Translations under genes and position numbers: made by a program
In this document: positions 1-14,109 of the stretch, one piece after another
How positions within the stretch are numbered: position 1 is the stretch's first letter
How the letters are laid out: every line of letters begins with the position of its first letter
Assembly (NCBI RefSeq): GCF_006345805.1
Contig: NC_043001.1
Span: forward strand, 62,744,001-62,808,000
Direction: 5' to 3'
Length of the DNA: 64,000 nt
Source: Octopus sinensis
Taxonomy: Eukaryota
Notes under the pieces: generated by a model
Database searches by the model: none
What the model was told of the DNA's origin: nothing
The model's input: the letters and a program-made list of their open reading frames with translations, nothing else

Positions 1-193
1 ATATCAACCACTTGCTCTCACTCTCCATCCACAGGAGAAAAACGAAACAATAAAAGAGAAATAAGTATGAGAAAGCAGGAATAGTGGCAAGGAAAACTGG
101 ATCAGAAGGTCATAAATGCAAATTCCTAAGATACAAAGGTTCAAAGTTGAATATAGAATTTGAACAATCTTACTGATACACCTGGTATATGTA

Positions 194-195
<2 letters not shown>

Positions 196-262
<67 letters not shown>

Positions 263-1339
263 CCATTCAAAGCTATAAAGCCACGTTTTTCTAAAGTTAT
301 TTAGAAATTTAGCTCTGTATTTAAGTGGACTAATATATTGTAAATGGGTATTTTGCAACTACTTTGAGATATAAACTTTATATCTTTATTGTCACAATAC
401 AACATCTTATTTTTTAAATTTTCCCAAGCATTTCAATACTTTAAAACAACAAAGCCACTAATACATTTTCATTTCTTTCAGGATTGTTTCAGAAATATTT
501 GACTCAAATGTATTCTCCATGATCCAGATTACATTTCCAGTATGCTTTAAAGCTACAAAGTTTTCCAAATTTGAACGTATATTATATATGTGTATATATA
601 TATACATGTATATACATATATATACATATATATACATATATACATACAGATACATATATATACTTATATATACATACACAATATATATATACAGATACAG
701 ATATATACTTATATATACATATATATATAGATACTTATAAGACATATATATATAATATATATACAGATACATATATATACTTATAATACATATATATAAT
801 ATATACTTAGATATACATATATAGATATAGATAATAGATATATATATATATACTATATATAGACATATATATATATATAGATACAGATACATATATATAC
901 TTATATATACATATATATATATGATACTTATAGATACATATATTACATATATTAGATATACTTATATATACATAGATATACATATATATATATATACTTA
1001 TATATACATATATATACAATTATATATATATACTTATAATACATATATATACATAATATATAGATACTTATATATACATATATATATATATACAGATACA
1101 TATATATACATATATATATATAGATACATAGATATACTTATATATACATAGATTATATATACATACAATATATATACATAATATATATATACATACATAT
1201 ACATACATATATATATATATACATACATATATATAGATAACATTACATATAATAAGAATATACATACATATACATTATATACATACATACATTACATACA
1301 TATACATACATATATATACATACATAATACATACATATA

Positions 1340-1371
<32 letters not shown>

Positions 1372-2616
1372 CATACATAAATATTATACATACATAGATA
1401 TACATACATATATAGACATACATACATACTACATATACACATACATATATAGACATACATATATTACATACATACATACATATACATACATATACATACA
1501 TACATATATACACATGTATATACATATATATATATACATATATATATATACATACATACATATATATATATACATACATATATATATATATACATACATA
1601 TATATATACATACATATACATATATATACATACATATACATATACACATACATATACATATATACATACATATATACATACATATATACATACATATACA
1701 TATATACATACATATACATATATACATACATATACATATATACATACATATACATATATACATACATAGACATAATACATACATATACATATATACATAC
1801 ATAAACATATACTACCATACACACATATACATACTATAACATATACATATACATATAACATACAGATATATATATATATACATACATACATATATATATA
1901 TATAATACATACATATATATATATATAGATATATATAATACACATATATATTATATAGATACACATACATATATATATATATACATATACATACATATAT
2001 TATATATATACATACAGATATATATATATATTACATACATATATATATATATATATACATACATATATATATATATATACATACATTATATATAATTAGA
2101 CAACATATATATATAATATATATACATATATATATATAAGATATATATATATAGATATAGATATATAGATACATATATATATATTATATATACATACATA
2201 CATATATATATATATAACACATATATATATTATATACATACATATATATATATATAATATATACATACATATAGATATATATATATATATACATACATAT
2301 ATATATATATATTACATAATACATATACATATATATATAATACATACATATATATATATATAATACATACTATATATATTACATACATACATATATATAT
2401 ATATACATACATACATATATATATATATACATACATTATATATATTATACATACATAATATATATATAGATACAACATACATATATATATATATACATAC
2501 ATACATATATATATATATATACATACATATATATATATACATACATACATATATATACATACATACATATATATATATATATACATACATATATATATAC
2601 ATACATACATATATAT

Positions 2617-2665
<49 letters not shown>

Positions 2666-3732
2666 GTGGCTGTGTGGTAAGTAGCTTGCTAACCAACAAC
2701 ATGGTTCCGGGTTCCGTCCCACTGCGTGGCATCTTGGGCAAGTGTCTTCTGCTATAGCCCCGGGCCGACCAATGCCTTGTGAGTGGATTCGGTAGACGGA
2801 AACTGAAAGAAGCCTGTCGTATATATGTATATATATATATATGTGTGGTGTGTATATGTTTGTCCCCCTAGCATTGCTTGACAACAGATGCTGGTGTGCT
2901 TACGTCCCCATCACTTAGCGGATCGGCAAAAGAGACCGATAGGATAAGTACTGGGCTTACAAAGAATAAGACCTGGTGCCGATTTGCTCGACTAAAGGCA
3001 GTGCTCCAGCATGGCCGCAGTCAAATGACGGAAACAAGTAAAAGAGTAAAGAGTATATATATACATATACATATATATATACTATACAATACACTATATA
3101 TACATATATATATACATAGTATATACATATATACATATACACATATATACAGTATATATATATACACACACTACATATATATTACATATATAACATATAC
3201 ATACATATACATATATACATATATATATCTACACATATACACATATATACGAATAACATTGAAATATACTATACATTATACATATAAATATATATACACT
3301 TATACACACATATCACATATATATACAGACATATACTATACTATACATATACATATAAATACATATATATATATACCATATATATACAAATACACTATAT
3401 AACATAATATACATACACATACAATATATATATATACATATACATATACACATACATATATATACAGATATATACAAACATATATATATATAACATATAC
3501 ATATATATATATACATATACATTATATATATACATATACTTATCATACATATACATATATATATATATATACATAACCTATACATACATATATATATATA
3601 CATATACACATACACATACATATATTATATATACATATACACATATATATAGATATACATAACAACATACATATATATATATATACATATACATACATAT
3701 ACATATATATACATATATATACATATATATAC

Positions 3733-3768
<36 letters not shown>

Positions 3769-4650
3769 GCATATACATATATATGCATATACATATATAT
3801 GCATATACATATATATGCATATACATATATATGCATATACATACATATACATACATATATATGCATATACATACATATACATATATATGCATATATATGC
3901 ATATACATATACATATATATACATACATATACATATATATGCATATACATATATATGCATATACATATATATGCATATACATATATATATATATACATAT
4001 ACATACATATACATATACACATATATGCATATGTATATATATATATACATATACACATATATGCATATACATATATATATATACATATACACATATATGC
4101 ATATACATATATATACATATATATATATATACACATATACATATATACACATATACATATATATATATACATATACACATATACATATATATATATACAT
4201 ATACATATATATACATATACATATATATACATATATATACATATATATATATACATATACATATATATACATATACATATATACACATATACATATATAC
4301 ATATACATATATACATTTATATATTATTACATATATATATTTTATATATATATATACATATATATACATATACATATATATACATATACATATATATACA
4401 TATATACAAATATACATAGACATACATATACAGATATTATATATACATATATATATATATATATACATATATATATACCTATATATATATATAATAATAT
4501 ATATACAGTATACTATATATACATATACATATACATACATATACATATATATACATATCATATATATATATATAATATACATACATATACACATATATTA
4601 CATATACATATATATACATTTATATATAATACATATATATTGATGATTGA
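196..4650. repeat. Very long low-complexity alternating purine/pyrimidine tract: mosaic of (TA)n, (TACA)n, (TATACA)n plus a 16-bp unit ATATATGCATATACAT around 3760-4120
   Basis: Directly visible; interrupted only by unique sequence at ~262-590 and a SINE at ~2661-3055. All Y/I/M/H/T-rich ORFs here are artefacts. Confidence 0.97.
2661..3055 (+). mobile_element. tRNA-derived SINE (Octopus-type) with internal microsatellite
   Basis: A-box-like TGGCTGTGTGG and B-box-like GGTTCCGTCCC at the 5' end, body ...GGTAGACGGAAACTGAAAGAAGC, 3' part ...CTCCAGCATGGCCGCAGTCAAATGACGGAAACAAGTAAAAGAG; the same head recurs reversed at ~14300-14430 and ~28660-28820. Confidence 0.85.
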
Positions 4651-5526
4651 TGATTGATTCTAGTTTCAGCTCCATGAACTGTGGCCATGCTGGGGCACCG
4701 CCATTTGGTGTTGCTACTTGTTTTACTTCACGAAAGCTTTTTAGCAAATGCACATTTGTGCATGAGAGAGTTCGATGCAGCTGCCCTCATCTGCACCTCC
4801 TGCCGTGAAGTTGGTTCATCTGGAACACCTGACAGGAAGAGATCCAATTCCATTTTAAAGACATCTGCATCCACCCCATGCAGGTCTCTCAGGTTCTTCG
4901 GGAGGATATTGAAGAGCTGTGGGCCTCGGAAGCCCAGGCTATCACAGTATCTTGTCCTACAATCTTGATGGCAAATTGGAGTCTAGGCACCACGCAGTGG
5001 CGCCCAGTTCTGGCATTTGTGTAACTCTCAATGCCAAAGTTCAGGAATGTCCCTCCGGATCTTCCAGATGTATTTATGGCATATCTTTCCGCCTACACTC
5101 AAGGAATATAGTTTTAATCTCTTGAGTCTTCCCAGTAGCTTACATTCTGCATAGAGGCTATCTTCTTCGTGTAGCCACGCTGGATCGCCTCGAGCTCTGT
5201 GATCAACTTGACACTGGATGGGACCAACTGAGAGCAATAGTCAAAGTGGCTTAGGAAAGTGTCCTCCAAAGGACCACCATGGTTTCTTGTTCTCTTGTTC
5301 TAAAGGTATATATATATATATGTATGTATATATATATATGTATGTATGTATATATATATATGTATGTATGTATTATATATATATATGTATATATAGTATA
5401 TATATGTATATATATATATGGTATATATATATATGTATGTATATATATATATGTATATATATATTATATATGTATATATATATAGTGTCCTCCAAAGGAC
5501 CACCATGGTTTCTTGTCTAAAGGTGT
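4650..5526 (-). mobile_element. CR1-like LINE, 3' end of RT ORF plus (AATC)n-like tail
   Basis: Minus-strand translation [13 protein letters not shown] / [10 protein letters not shown] / ELEAIQRGYTKKI / LKRLKLYSL; GATTGATGATTGATT tail on the plus strand at ~4645-4660; homologous to the degraded copy at 11.4-11.9 kb. Confidence 0.85.
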
Positions 5527-5546
5527 ATATATATATATAATATATA

Positions 5547-5646
5547 NNNNNNNNNNNNNNNNNNNNNNNNNNNNNNNNNNNNNNNNNNNNNNNNNNNNNN
5601 NNNNNNNNNNNNNNNNNNNNNNNNNNNNNNNNNNNNNNNNNNNNNN
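5547..5646. other. Assembly gap (100 N)
   Basis: Run of exactly 100 N, typical of a placeholder gap of unknown size. Confidence 1.
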
Positions 5647-6592
5647 GCCATTCAGTAACAACTTGAGCTGTGTGAATTGGTGCATTATCATCCTGAAAGA
5701 TTGCGTTTCCCTCTGGAAACAGTTCCATTACCAATGGATGAATTTGATCAGCAGAATGCTTAAATAGTCTTGACTTAATTCTGCCATGAAGGGAAACCAT
5801 TGGGTTTCCCTATTTTCAAGATATAGCCCTCTAGATATTTACAGACACTCCTCCATGTTTAACAGTTGGAAGAAGGTAGTCTGGGTCAAATGCTTCTTTT
5901 GGCTGTCTCCACATGTATATTTGGCTGGCAGTCAGAAAATAAGTTTAAGGATGATTCATCTGAGAAAATAACATCCTTCCACTGCTCTAGGGACCAATTC
6001 TGTAGGTATTTACTCCACTTTAAATGCTTTGCAATGTTTGTTTTTGAAAGTAGTGGTTTTCTGATTGCAGCCATCCCGTGAAATCCGGCTTTGTGCACCA
6101 CCCGGCGAACAATTTTGTGGAAACTGCAGTAATTTTGGGAGGTGTACTTTTGTGATCCTTTCTAACAATTTACATAAGAGTCCAATGGTCCCTGTTTGAA
6201 AGTTTTGGGTTTTTTTGAGTTTTGTTTCGACAATGAGGTTTTTCCCTCTTTTTCAAAGGCTGTCAATATTTTCAAGACAGTACTTCTTGATACACCAAAC
6301 ATTTCAGCTGTTTCTGTTACGCTGGCGCATACCATACAGGCACCAACAATTTTACCTTTTTGAAAGTATGATAGATCTGTCATTTTAATGAATTTTAATT
6401 ACCTTTTTCTGGTGATATCTTAAAAGAAACAGCAATTTTAGCAAAACATCTTAAGCAACGTTAATAATAAATCAAAAAACATAAAAATGAACAAGCTTTT
6501 GACAGTTTTATAGATATATGATGCTAGGTGTTTTCTAGCATCATATATCTAGCTATGATGCTAGGTGTTTCTATTATTTTGTCCAACCTCTG
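5647..6592 (-). mobile_element. Tc1-family DNA transposon, frameshifted transposase, one TIR visible
   Basis: HTH region MTDLSYFQKGKIVG..., VIFSDESS, AIFQDDNAPIHTA motifs in three frames; TIR-like CAGAGGTTGGACAAAATAATAGAAACACC (minus strand) followed by TA at 6593; the other end is lost in the gap. Confidence 0.9.
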
Positions 6593-6649
6593 TATATATA
6601 TATATATATATATATTATTTTTCTCCAACCTCTAAAAAAAACTCAACTC

Positions 6650-7130
6650 AATACTTTATCTTATTTATCTCCCCTAGACTAGTCTAATTTCAACTTTTTT
6701 TCACCCTCTCTAATAATTATTACTCAACCTCTTCGATATTTTTTTCTTACTACTTTTCCATAAATGTTTTTAGTTTCCTGAACAGTGGACTTCGTAAGTA
6801 TAATACCTCCTTAATCTTCATATTTGTTGTCATATTTCCCACTTTTCCTTATATTGTCAATTATTTTTATTTCTTGTTGTCGTACCTACAGCTTTTTAGT
6901 AAATATGAGTCCATAATGTTCTTTCACTATGTTCTAATTTTTTTCTTCTGGCACATTGACTACATAAATTTTCTATTATAAGATTTACACACCTATTAAC
7001 TTATGCAAATACCAAGTATTGTTTTCAATGGTGAGATATAATTTACATTAGGTTCCATATTCTCATTGGACTTTTCTCCACCTCACTCGCCCTATGCTTC
7101 ATATATGGAGTTATAATTAGCTAATCTATA
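6650..7130 (-). mobile_element. Possible heavily decayed L1/Tx1-type endonuclease fragment
   Basis: Minus-strand reading KIYVVNVPEEK...IIDNIRKSGKYDNKY...LWKSSKKK loosely follows the APE motif order; many stops. Confidence 0.25.
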
Positions 7131-7483
7131 CTAAGCTATAGAGAGGAAGTTATCTATATTTATATAGTTATATCATCCCCTGTCAGCCATTAGTTGTGGT
7201 TTAAAAATTGACATTACTCCCATGACTATTACACACGGATACAAACATATAAACATGAAACTCAAAAGTCCAACTTCTCAGCTCTTTTTTTTTAAGTTCT
7301 TATTTTTTCTGCACTGATGAGTACTTTGATAATTCCAGATTCTGGGAATTAATTTTTATCTCTATGTACAAAACATTCATCTGCATGCATAAACTTCTTA
7401 CAACTTTTTAACATCTTATTTCCTCCATTTTTGACAAATGTGATTGAATTTTTGACAAATATGAATCTATAACTTAATCATAC

Positions 7484-7530
<47 letters not shown>

Positions 7531-7538
7531 GATATTTG

Positions 7539-7895
7539 AACATGGTCTATGCCAGCACTTCCTGGCTGGCTCCTGTGCTGGTGGCACGTAAAAAGCACCA
7601 TTTGAGCATGGCCGATGCCAGTGCCACCTGACTGGCACCCATGTTGGTGGCACATAAAAGGTACCATTTGAGCGTGGTCAATGCCAGTGCCCGTTGACTG
7701 GTTCCTGTGGTGCTGGTGGCATGTAAAAAGCCCCCACTACACTCTTGGAGTGGTTGGCGTTAGGATGGATATCCAGCTGTAGAAACCTTGCCAAATCAGA
7801 TTGGAGCCTGGTACAGCCTCCCAGCCTGCCAGTCCTCAGTCAAACCGTCCAACCCATACCAGCATAGAAAGTGGGTGTTAAAGGATGATGATGAT
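7539..7895 (+). mobile_element. Solo RTE 3'UTR/tail (SINE-like fragment)
   Basis: GTGGCACGTAAAAAGCACC repeats, GGAGTGGTTGGCGTTAGGATGGATATCCAGCTGTAGAAAC, ends in GATGATGAT; matches the tails of longer RTE copies. Confidence 0.85.
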
Positions 7896-8039
7896 ATAGA
7901 TACACACACATATGTTTATATCTGTATATGATGGATTCTCTTGTCATGAATGGCAAATGAGGATTCAATAAAATAAGGCATTAATCATGATATATGGACA
8001 GACCTTTAGGCAAATGGAACAAGTTGAGTACTCAGTTTG

Positions 8040-10760
8040 CTTGAGTGCTTGTGGATCATTTACTATGTGTTTTCTTGAGTCTGCTTTGCTTTGTGCCACA
8101 AAACCACAATGACAGGTAAGATTTCCATTTAGAGGAGCAGCATTTTACCAGCTTGCACAAAGTTTGTCTTGATGTTGGAGTTGTCTTTGCTCAAATTTTT
8201 GAACTGAGGGGAAGCTGAACTGGCACCAGATCATGCATTCTGATGCTTTGTTTTTCCAGGAAGAAAAGGGAATGTTACATCTCCTCAGTTTGTCTTTTTA
8301 TTTGTCTTTAAAGCAAAAGAATGGTCTTCCAAATGACCTTTCTGTTGGGAATTGGCCGAAGAGAAGTTGCTCTGAAATTCTGATATCATTCCTCTGTGAG
8401 AGATGACCTAATCATCTAAGCTGTATTTTGATGACGATGGCTTCAATACCTGATATGTTGCATTTTGTTAGTACCTCACTGTTATGAAAATGGTCACTCA
8501 CTTTTATGTTGGAGATAGTATGCAACAATTGCATATGAAAAGCATCAAGCTGGTTGATGTGCTTTTGGTACAGAGTCCCAGATTCAGCACCATAAAGCAA
8601 TGTTGTCAAGACCACTGACTTATATACATCGACTTTCACCTCCAATGATACGTCATGACTGTTCCAAAGCCAGTAATAAAGCTTACTGAAAGTGGAGCTA
8701 GCCTTCCTGATTCTGGAGTCAATTTTTTTATCCATCTTAGCATCATTGAACAGAATGGAACTAAGATAATTGAAGGAGGAAACACTTTTTAATGCTTTCC
8801 CATCAACATAAACAGTAGAGGCAACAGCTGAAAGATGATTGCGAATGGACCGATGGACAAGCTCAATTTTCTTGATGCTGATGGCCAGACCAAAAGCCTT
8901 CAATGCACGCAAGCACTTGTTTAGAATCCATTGCATGTCCTCAAGAGTGTGTGTTACAAGTGCACAATTATGAACAAAGAGCAAATCTTGAACTGTTTGT
9001 TCCAAAGTCTTAGCTTTTGCTTTGATGTGGTGTTGGTTGAACAAGTCACAACCAGTTGTATACTCAAACTTTTCTCTTTGTTTAACACCTTCGTTTCCAA
9101 CATGATGGAGAAATACAAAGCAAATAAAAGCAGTGCAAGAACATAGCCTTGTTTTGATCCCATTTGAAACTGTGAATGAATCAGACACTTTCCTGTGAGA
9201 TCTGACAGAAACCATCATCCCTTGATAGAAAGAAATTATGACATTGAGCATCTTTTCAGTGACACCTAGCTTTCTTAGGACAACCCAAAGAGCATCCCTA
9301 GATATGGTGCTAAAAGTTTTAGTTAGATCTACAAAAGTAACAATAAGGTCTCTGTTGTGCTCACAAGCCTTTTCCTGCAGCTAAAAATCATATCTACTGT
9401 GCTTCTACTGACCCAAAATTCACACTGAGATTCAAGCAATACTAAGCTGGCAAGGACATCTTTTAGTCTTCCAAGGATCTTCCTGGCAACACACAAAAAA
9501 GAGATACCTCTATGGTTGTCACATTCACATTTGTTGTCTTTGTGCAACCCATGCTAGCATGGAGAACGGACGTTAAACGATGATGATGATGATGATGATG
9601 TGCGTATAAAGATGATGTGCGTAGAAGTGTCTTTAAACCCCTGTGAGACTGATTCTGATTTCCAAATTAAGGAGAAGAGTTCAGCAGGAGACTGTTACCA
9701 CATTTATATATCTCAGCTGGTATTTCAGGCAATTTTCCATTCATGAGCTGTTTTATAGCCTTTTTTTATCTCAGCATTTGATAGAGCAACTAACAGTTCT
9801 TCAAGGACAGGCCTCTGTGGCTGGTTGTTGATCAGTTCTTCATAAACAATTTAGTCCATATTCGGAACATTAGAAAACTATTCTGCCTAGTGCTTTGTGA
9901 TCTCCTTTTTATATCAGAAGAGTACCCTCAATTGAAAGTATGGGTGTTGGTCCACCAGACACAGTCTAAAAACACCCTTTAAATTCTAATAGAATGGCCT
10001 GGTGTCACATCTTTCTGCAACATCCTGCAACTCTTATGCTTTCTTTTTCTACCATATCTGTTTCATTTGCCTCAGTTGGGATTGGCATGTATTTCTGGCC
10101 TTTTAAACTTGTATTTTGTGGCATTATTTTTATTTGGCATCCATTGACAGTGGCACTTGTGCATATTGTCCAAAAGAGGATGAATGTTTGGATCATTTGA
10201 GTTGAACCAATCTTGGTGCTTCCTCTTAACATACCCAAGTATTTCACAAGAGACTCAAATACAGCATTTTTAAAAGCAGACTATGCTGATTCAATATCTG
10301 TGTTGTCTGAGATTCCAGCAAGTTTTTTGTTGCAGGTTGTTTGAAATGAGGTTAAATTGTCATTGTTCCTCAGCTTTGTCTCATCCATATTTTGAATTGG
10401 TTGAGTGCAATTGTTACAAATAGGACTGCAGATAGTAAAATTTCCCCTTGATCGTATCAGTCTATGGTTAGACCAACACTCCCCAATGGTAAAAGAATAT
10501 GTTACTTGGACATCTTCCCTCATGGGAGACCTCATAATTATGTAATCAATGAGTTGATAAATAGTTTGATCGGGGATGCTTCCAGGTATTTTTATGGTGG
10601 ATGGGGAGTTAGAAAATAGTATTGGTAATCAAAAGTTCATACACACTGTAAAGCAATAGCAGCAGATGGCTGTATGAGTTTGCCTTGCCAACCACATGCT
10701 TTCCTATTATGTCACCCCATATGGATATATCACAACCTACACATGCATTGAAATCACCAA
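8040..10760 (-). mobile_element. RTE-1/BovB-like LINE, degraded (APE + RT), interrupted by an RTE tail at ~9548-9600
   Basis: ORF 8412-9251: LLFVHNCAL (YADD equivalent), GLAISIKKIE, VYKSVVLTTLLYGAES; 9329-9547: CDNHRGISFL, QCEFWVSRSTVDMIF; 10281-10535: DYIIMR..DVQVT..ECWSNHRLIRS (APE end). Confidence 0.85.
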
Positions 10761-10779
10761 AGAGAAGTATTTATGATTT

Positions 10780-11990
10780 TTAGCTATTATGATTGGTTAC
10801 TGAAACAGCAGCTCAACCACTCAAATGTGATGTATCTCAGCTTTACCAAATCTTTTGACCAAGTTAATTATGGGATGATATGTCACAAACTTTGGTATCA
10901 CTGGAGAACTGGGAGAGTGGTTACATGACTTTAAAGGACAGAAGCCAGGCATTTGCAGCCAGTGATGCTCTCTCTCTGGGAAGACATCGATCCACAGCAT
11001 ATTTCCTCCTTAGGAAACTGTACTGGGATCGCTATTGTTTGTAGTGGTTCTCTCACACATCCCATCAATCACAGTCAGCCACTCTCACCGCCTATGCTGA
11101 TGATACAAAAGTATCTCAGGCAGTCAAAGACCCTGATGACATATTAAAACTGTAAAATGACCTGCATGCAGTATATAAATGCAGTTCAATGCAAAGTTTC
11201 AAGCTCTCCGCTATCGGTCCATAAACAGACTACATGGGACCAGGAGGCTGTGCAATCCCTGAGTTAGAATTGGTGTGTGACTTTGGAATCCACATGAGTA
11301 GTGATGCAACATTCCATGTGCATATTGCCACAATAGCAACACTGTGAAGACAGGTAGCTGAATGGATCCATAGGTCATTCAGAACCAGAAATAGGATACC
11401 TTACTATGGCAGACATTTGTCCAGTTGTCTGGATTACTGCTCCCAACTGTGGTTGCCACAGAATGTGAAATTGGTGGCAGAACTTGAGGCAAAGCAGCAC
11501 CACTATAGAAAAAAAGATTGACTGGTGAAACAGATGAGCTACTGAGAATGGCTACAAGAACTAAAGCTATACTCCCTGGAGAGAAGGTAAGAAAGATATG
11601 CAGTGATATACATATGGAAGATCCTGAAGGTCTAGTTCCCAACTTTGGAATTAAAAATTATACCAACCACTGAACTGGACAGCACTGCGTAATCCCAAAG
11701 ATACTGTCACCTTCATTTCAGATAAGGAACCAATTTTGCAACATCTTGAATTTCAGGGTATCACAACTGTTTAACATCCTGGCAAGGAACCTAAGAGATC
11801 TGCTAGGTGTATATGTGGAAATGTTCAAAAAGCACCTGGAGAAATTTCTATCTGAAATCCCAGCAGGAGGCACAAAGAAGAGCAACTTCATCCAACTCAC
11901 TTCTTCACTAAAAACAGTATCAAAAGGAGACCTGAAAACACTGAAAGGCATGGCATCAACCTCTGGCTAAAACCAGAATAAAAGAATATA
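10780..11990 (+). mobile_element. CR1-like LINE, degraded internally deleted 3' half
   Basis: 10780-10930 aligns with the RT at 56840-56990 (YLDFAKAFDKVDHGMICHKL equivalent); 3' ORF QLFNILARNLRDLLGVYVEMFKKHLEKFLSEIP. Confidence 0.8.
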
Positions 11991-12109
11991 CATTTATTTA
12001 TATATTCAAAGGAATAAATGTAACGTATAAAATTAGAGAAAGCTGGAGGTGGATTGAGTGATAGGTGGAGTATTCTTTCATTCTGTAAAAAGCATTATTG
12101 TGAAATAGA

Positions 12110-12535
12110 CAGTACGTGGATTGCTAGAAATAGGAGCCAATACACCACCAACTGCCCCCCCCCCCCCCATTCGTTTTTGGAAAATAGGTGCACAGTTATC
12201 TGCAGAATGGTGAAATAAATTTAAATGACATGAAAATCTTGAAATATTATCAATTTTACTTAGTGTTTTCAGCAGTAAACATACAAACAAACAAACTTTG
12301 CTTTTTATAAGGATATATAAACAGTATGTGGATCGCTAGAAATAGGAGCCAATATACCACCAACTGCTCCCCCCCCCCACTCCAATCCGTTTTCAGAAAA
12401 TAAATGCACAGTTATCTGTGGAATGGTCAAATTAATTTAAATGACATGAAAACCCTGAAATATTATCAATTTTATTTAGTGTTTTCAGCATAAAAACAAA
12501 CAAACAAACTTTGCTTTTTATAAGAATAGAGATAT
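12110..12535 (+). repeat. Tandem duplication of a ~213-bp unit ending CAAACAAACAAACTTTGCTTTTTATAAG (Helitron-like 3' end)
   Basis: Units start GTGGAT(T/C)GCTAGAAATAGGAGCCAATA at ~12116 and ~12328, with high identity between them. Confidence 0.85.
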
Positions 12536-12689
12536 ATGTATATGTCACTGCCATCAATTTCAATGTATGAGTGTTTGAAGGGAAATTTTTTAAAAAAGGA
12601 TTAAAAATAAAAGAAGGTGCATCTGTTTGCATTGGATGTGTGAATGTAATTTGAGTCCTGGTATAGATTTTGCTATGAAGTCACAATGG

Positions 12690-13306
12690 GAACACTGGTG
12701 ATTTTGATTTGCCTGAGATAGGACAAATGTGTTCATTGGTTGCAGGATATAATTCTTTTATTGTTCTGTTTCTTCAACTCAAATTGTTAAGGTGCATCAT
12801 GCCTCATTTTACACAACTCAGATTGATCTAGGCTTTCCCATAATGTTAAATTGATCCTTATACCTAAGGAGAAATCTTTCTTTATTGCAGAATTCTTCTA
12901 CTAGGAATATCACATTTTTCTAAAATTTTGACATTTGATATTGTATCTTGCCATTTTATGTTGCAGATATTGCACAAGCAGCATATGCGAAAGGTTTCAA
13001 ATTTTTTTATATGTCTGTAGTAGGAAGTCCATGCTTCTACCTCATTCAAGGGTGTGCTCAAAATACAAGATTTGTGTACACTTATTTCAGTTTTAAACTA
13101 ACACCTTGTTCATCCCACAATCAATGAGAAAGTTTCCCAAAAGCACTTGGGGCCTTAGATATTCCAACATTGATTTTGTCATCAAGAGTACTGTACATCC
13201 AAAGACATTTAAATGACCTGACCCTATTGAGTGGCTTATTGTCAGTCATCACATTTGAATCTTTGCAGTCACTTCTTCTCTTGTCTTGTCTTGAGACAGC
13301 ATTCAC
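12690..13306 (-). mobile_element. RTE-1/BovB-like LINE fragment (RT C-terminal part)
   Basis: KPLNRVRSFK...KINVGISKAPSAFGKL and EAWTSYYRHIKKFETF...NIKWQDTISNVKIL. Confidence 0.75.
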
Positions 13307-13309
13307 CTG

Positions 13310-13480
13310 GGGTGGGTTGTGCTGGCCTCAATACTGCATCTCTCACAAATGCTGACCAGACCTGGCGATTTGGAGCTAACGACCACGTGATCTCCAACCA
13401 CTCCTTATTCCAGCGGCGAACACCATAGATATGGGGTCCTAGGTTGGGTTCCAGATCAGCCTTGACTGACATCAGTCAGG
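13310..13480 (-). mobile_element. 3' end of a different RTE-clade LINE ORF
   Basis: SVKADLEPNLGPHIYGVRRWNKEWLEITWSLAPNRQVWSAFVRD resembles the C-terminus of RTE-clade ORFs. Confidence 0.55.
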
Positions 13481-13784
13481 TTTTACGTTGTCCACCACAT
13501 CACTTTTGCCAACCCTGAAGGGGAGCTGGGGCAATTGCTTCGTAGATGAATTCTCCTGGTTGGCGACGGAGGGCATGACCCAGCCAACACAGACGTCTCG
13601 TTAGGATGACTTGTCGGAGGGAGGTGATTTTGCACTGGTGTCGCACTGAATTGTTGGAGATAAAGTGATGCCATCGGACATGAAGGATGCAGTGTAGACA
13701 GAGGTGATCAAAGGATTCTAGTCGCTTAATATATATGTATTTGAGTGTGTGTGTGTGTGTTTATATGCTGAGAGGTCTTTGTCT

Positions 13785-14085
13785 TGCAAGTTACCTGGTG
13801 ACTATGCTGATGCCACGTAAAAAGCACCTAGTACACTCTGTATAGTAGTTGGCTTCAGGAAGGACTTGCAGCCCTAGAAACCAAGTCAAAACAGACAAAT
13901 GAAGCTTGGTGTATGTAGCTTTCTAGCTTGCCATGCCTGTTGAACCATCCAACCCATCCTAGCATGAGGAACGGACATTAAATGATGATGATGAGGATGA
14001 GATAGACAGACACCAATAGGTATAAATATTTACATATCATCATCATCATCGTTTAACGTCTGCTTTCCATGCTGGCATGGGTTAA
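13785..14085. mobile_element. Two RTE tails in tail-to-tail orientation (13785-13998 +, 14036-14085 -)
   Basis: CCAACCCATCCTAGCATGAGGAACGGACATTAAATGATGATG faces CATCATCATCGTTTAACGTCTGCTTTCCATGCTGGCATGGG. Confidence 0.85.
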
Positions 14086-14109
14086 ATTCTTGAATGTGAT
14101 GCCCTTTGC

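Noticed and set aside
2664-2735. tRNA-like sequence
   Set aside because: It is a SINE head with A/B boxes but no complete cloverleaf, followed by SINE body.
4-4657. Many long ORFs (up to 338 aa) rich in Y/I/M/C/H/T
   Set aside because: Translations of (TA)n/(TACA)n microsatellite, which lacks stops in several frames.
7313-7376. CTGATGAGTAC...GTACAAAAC hammerhead-like motif
   Set aside because: The GAAA core is broken, the stem II loop is very long, no stems I/III were found, and there is no PLE context.
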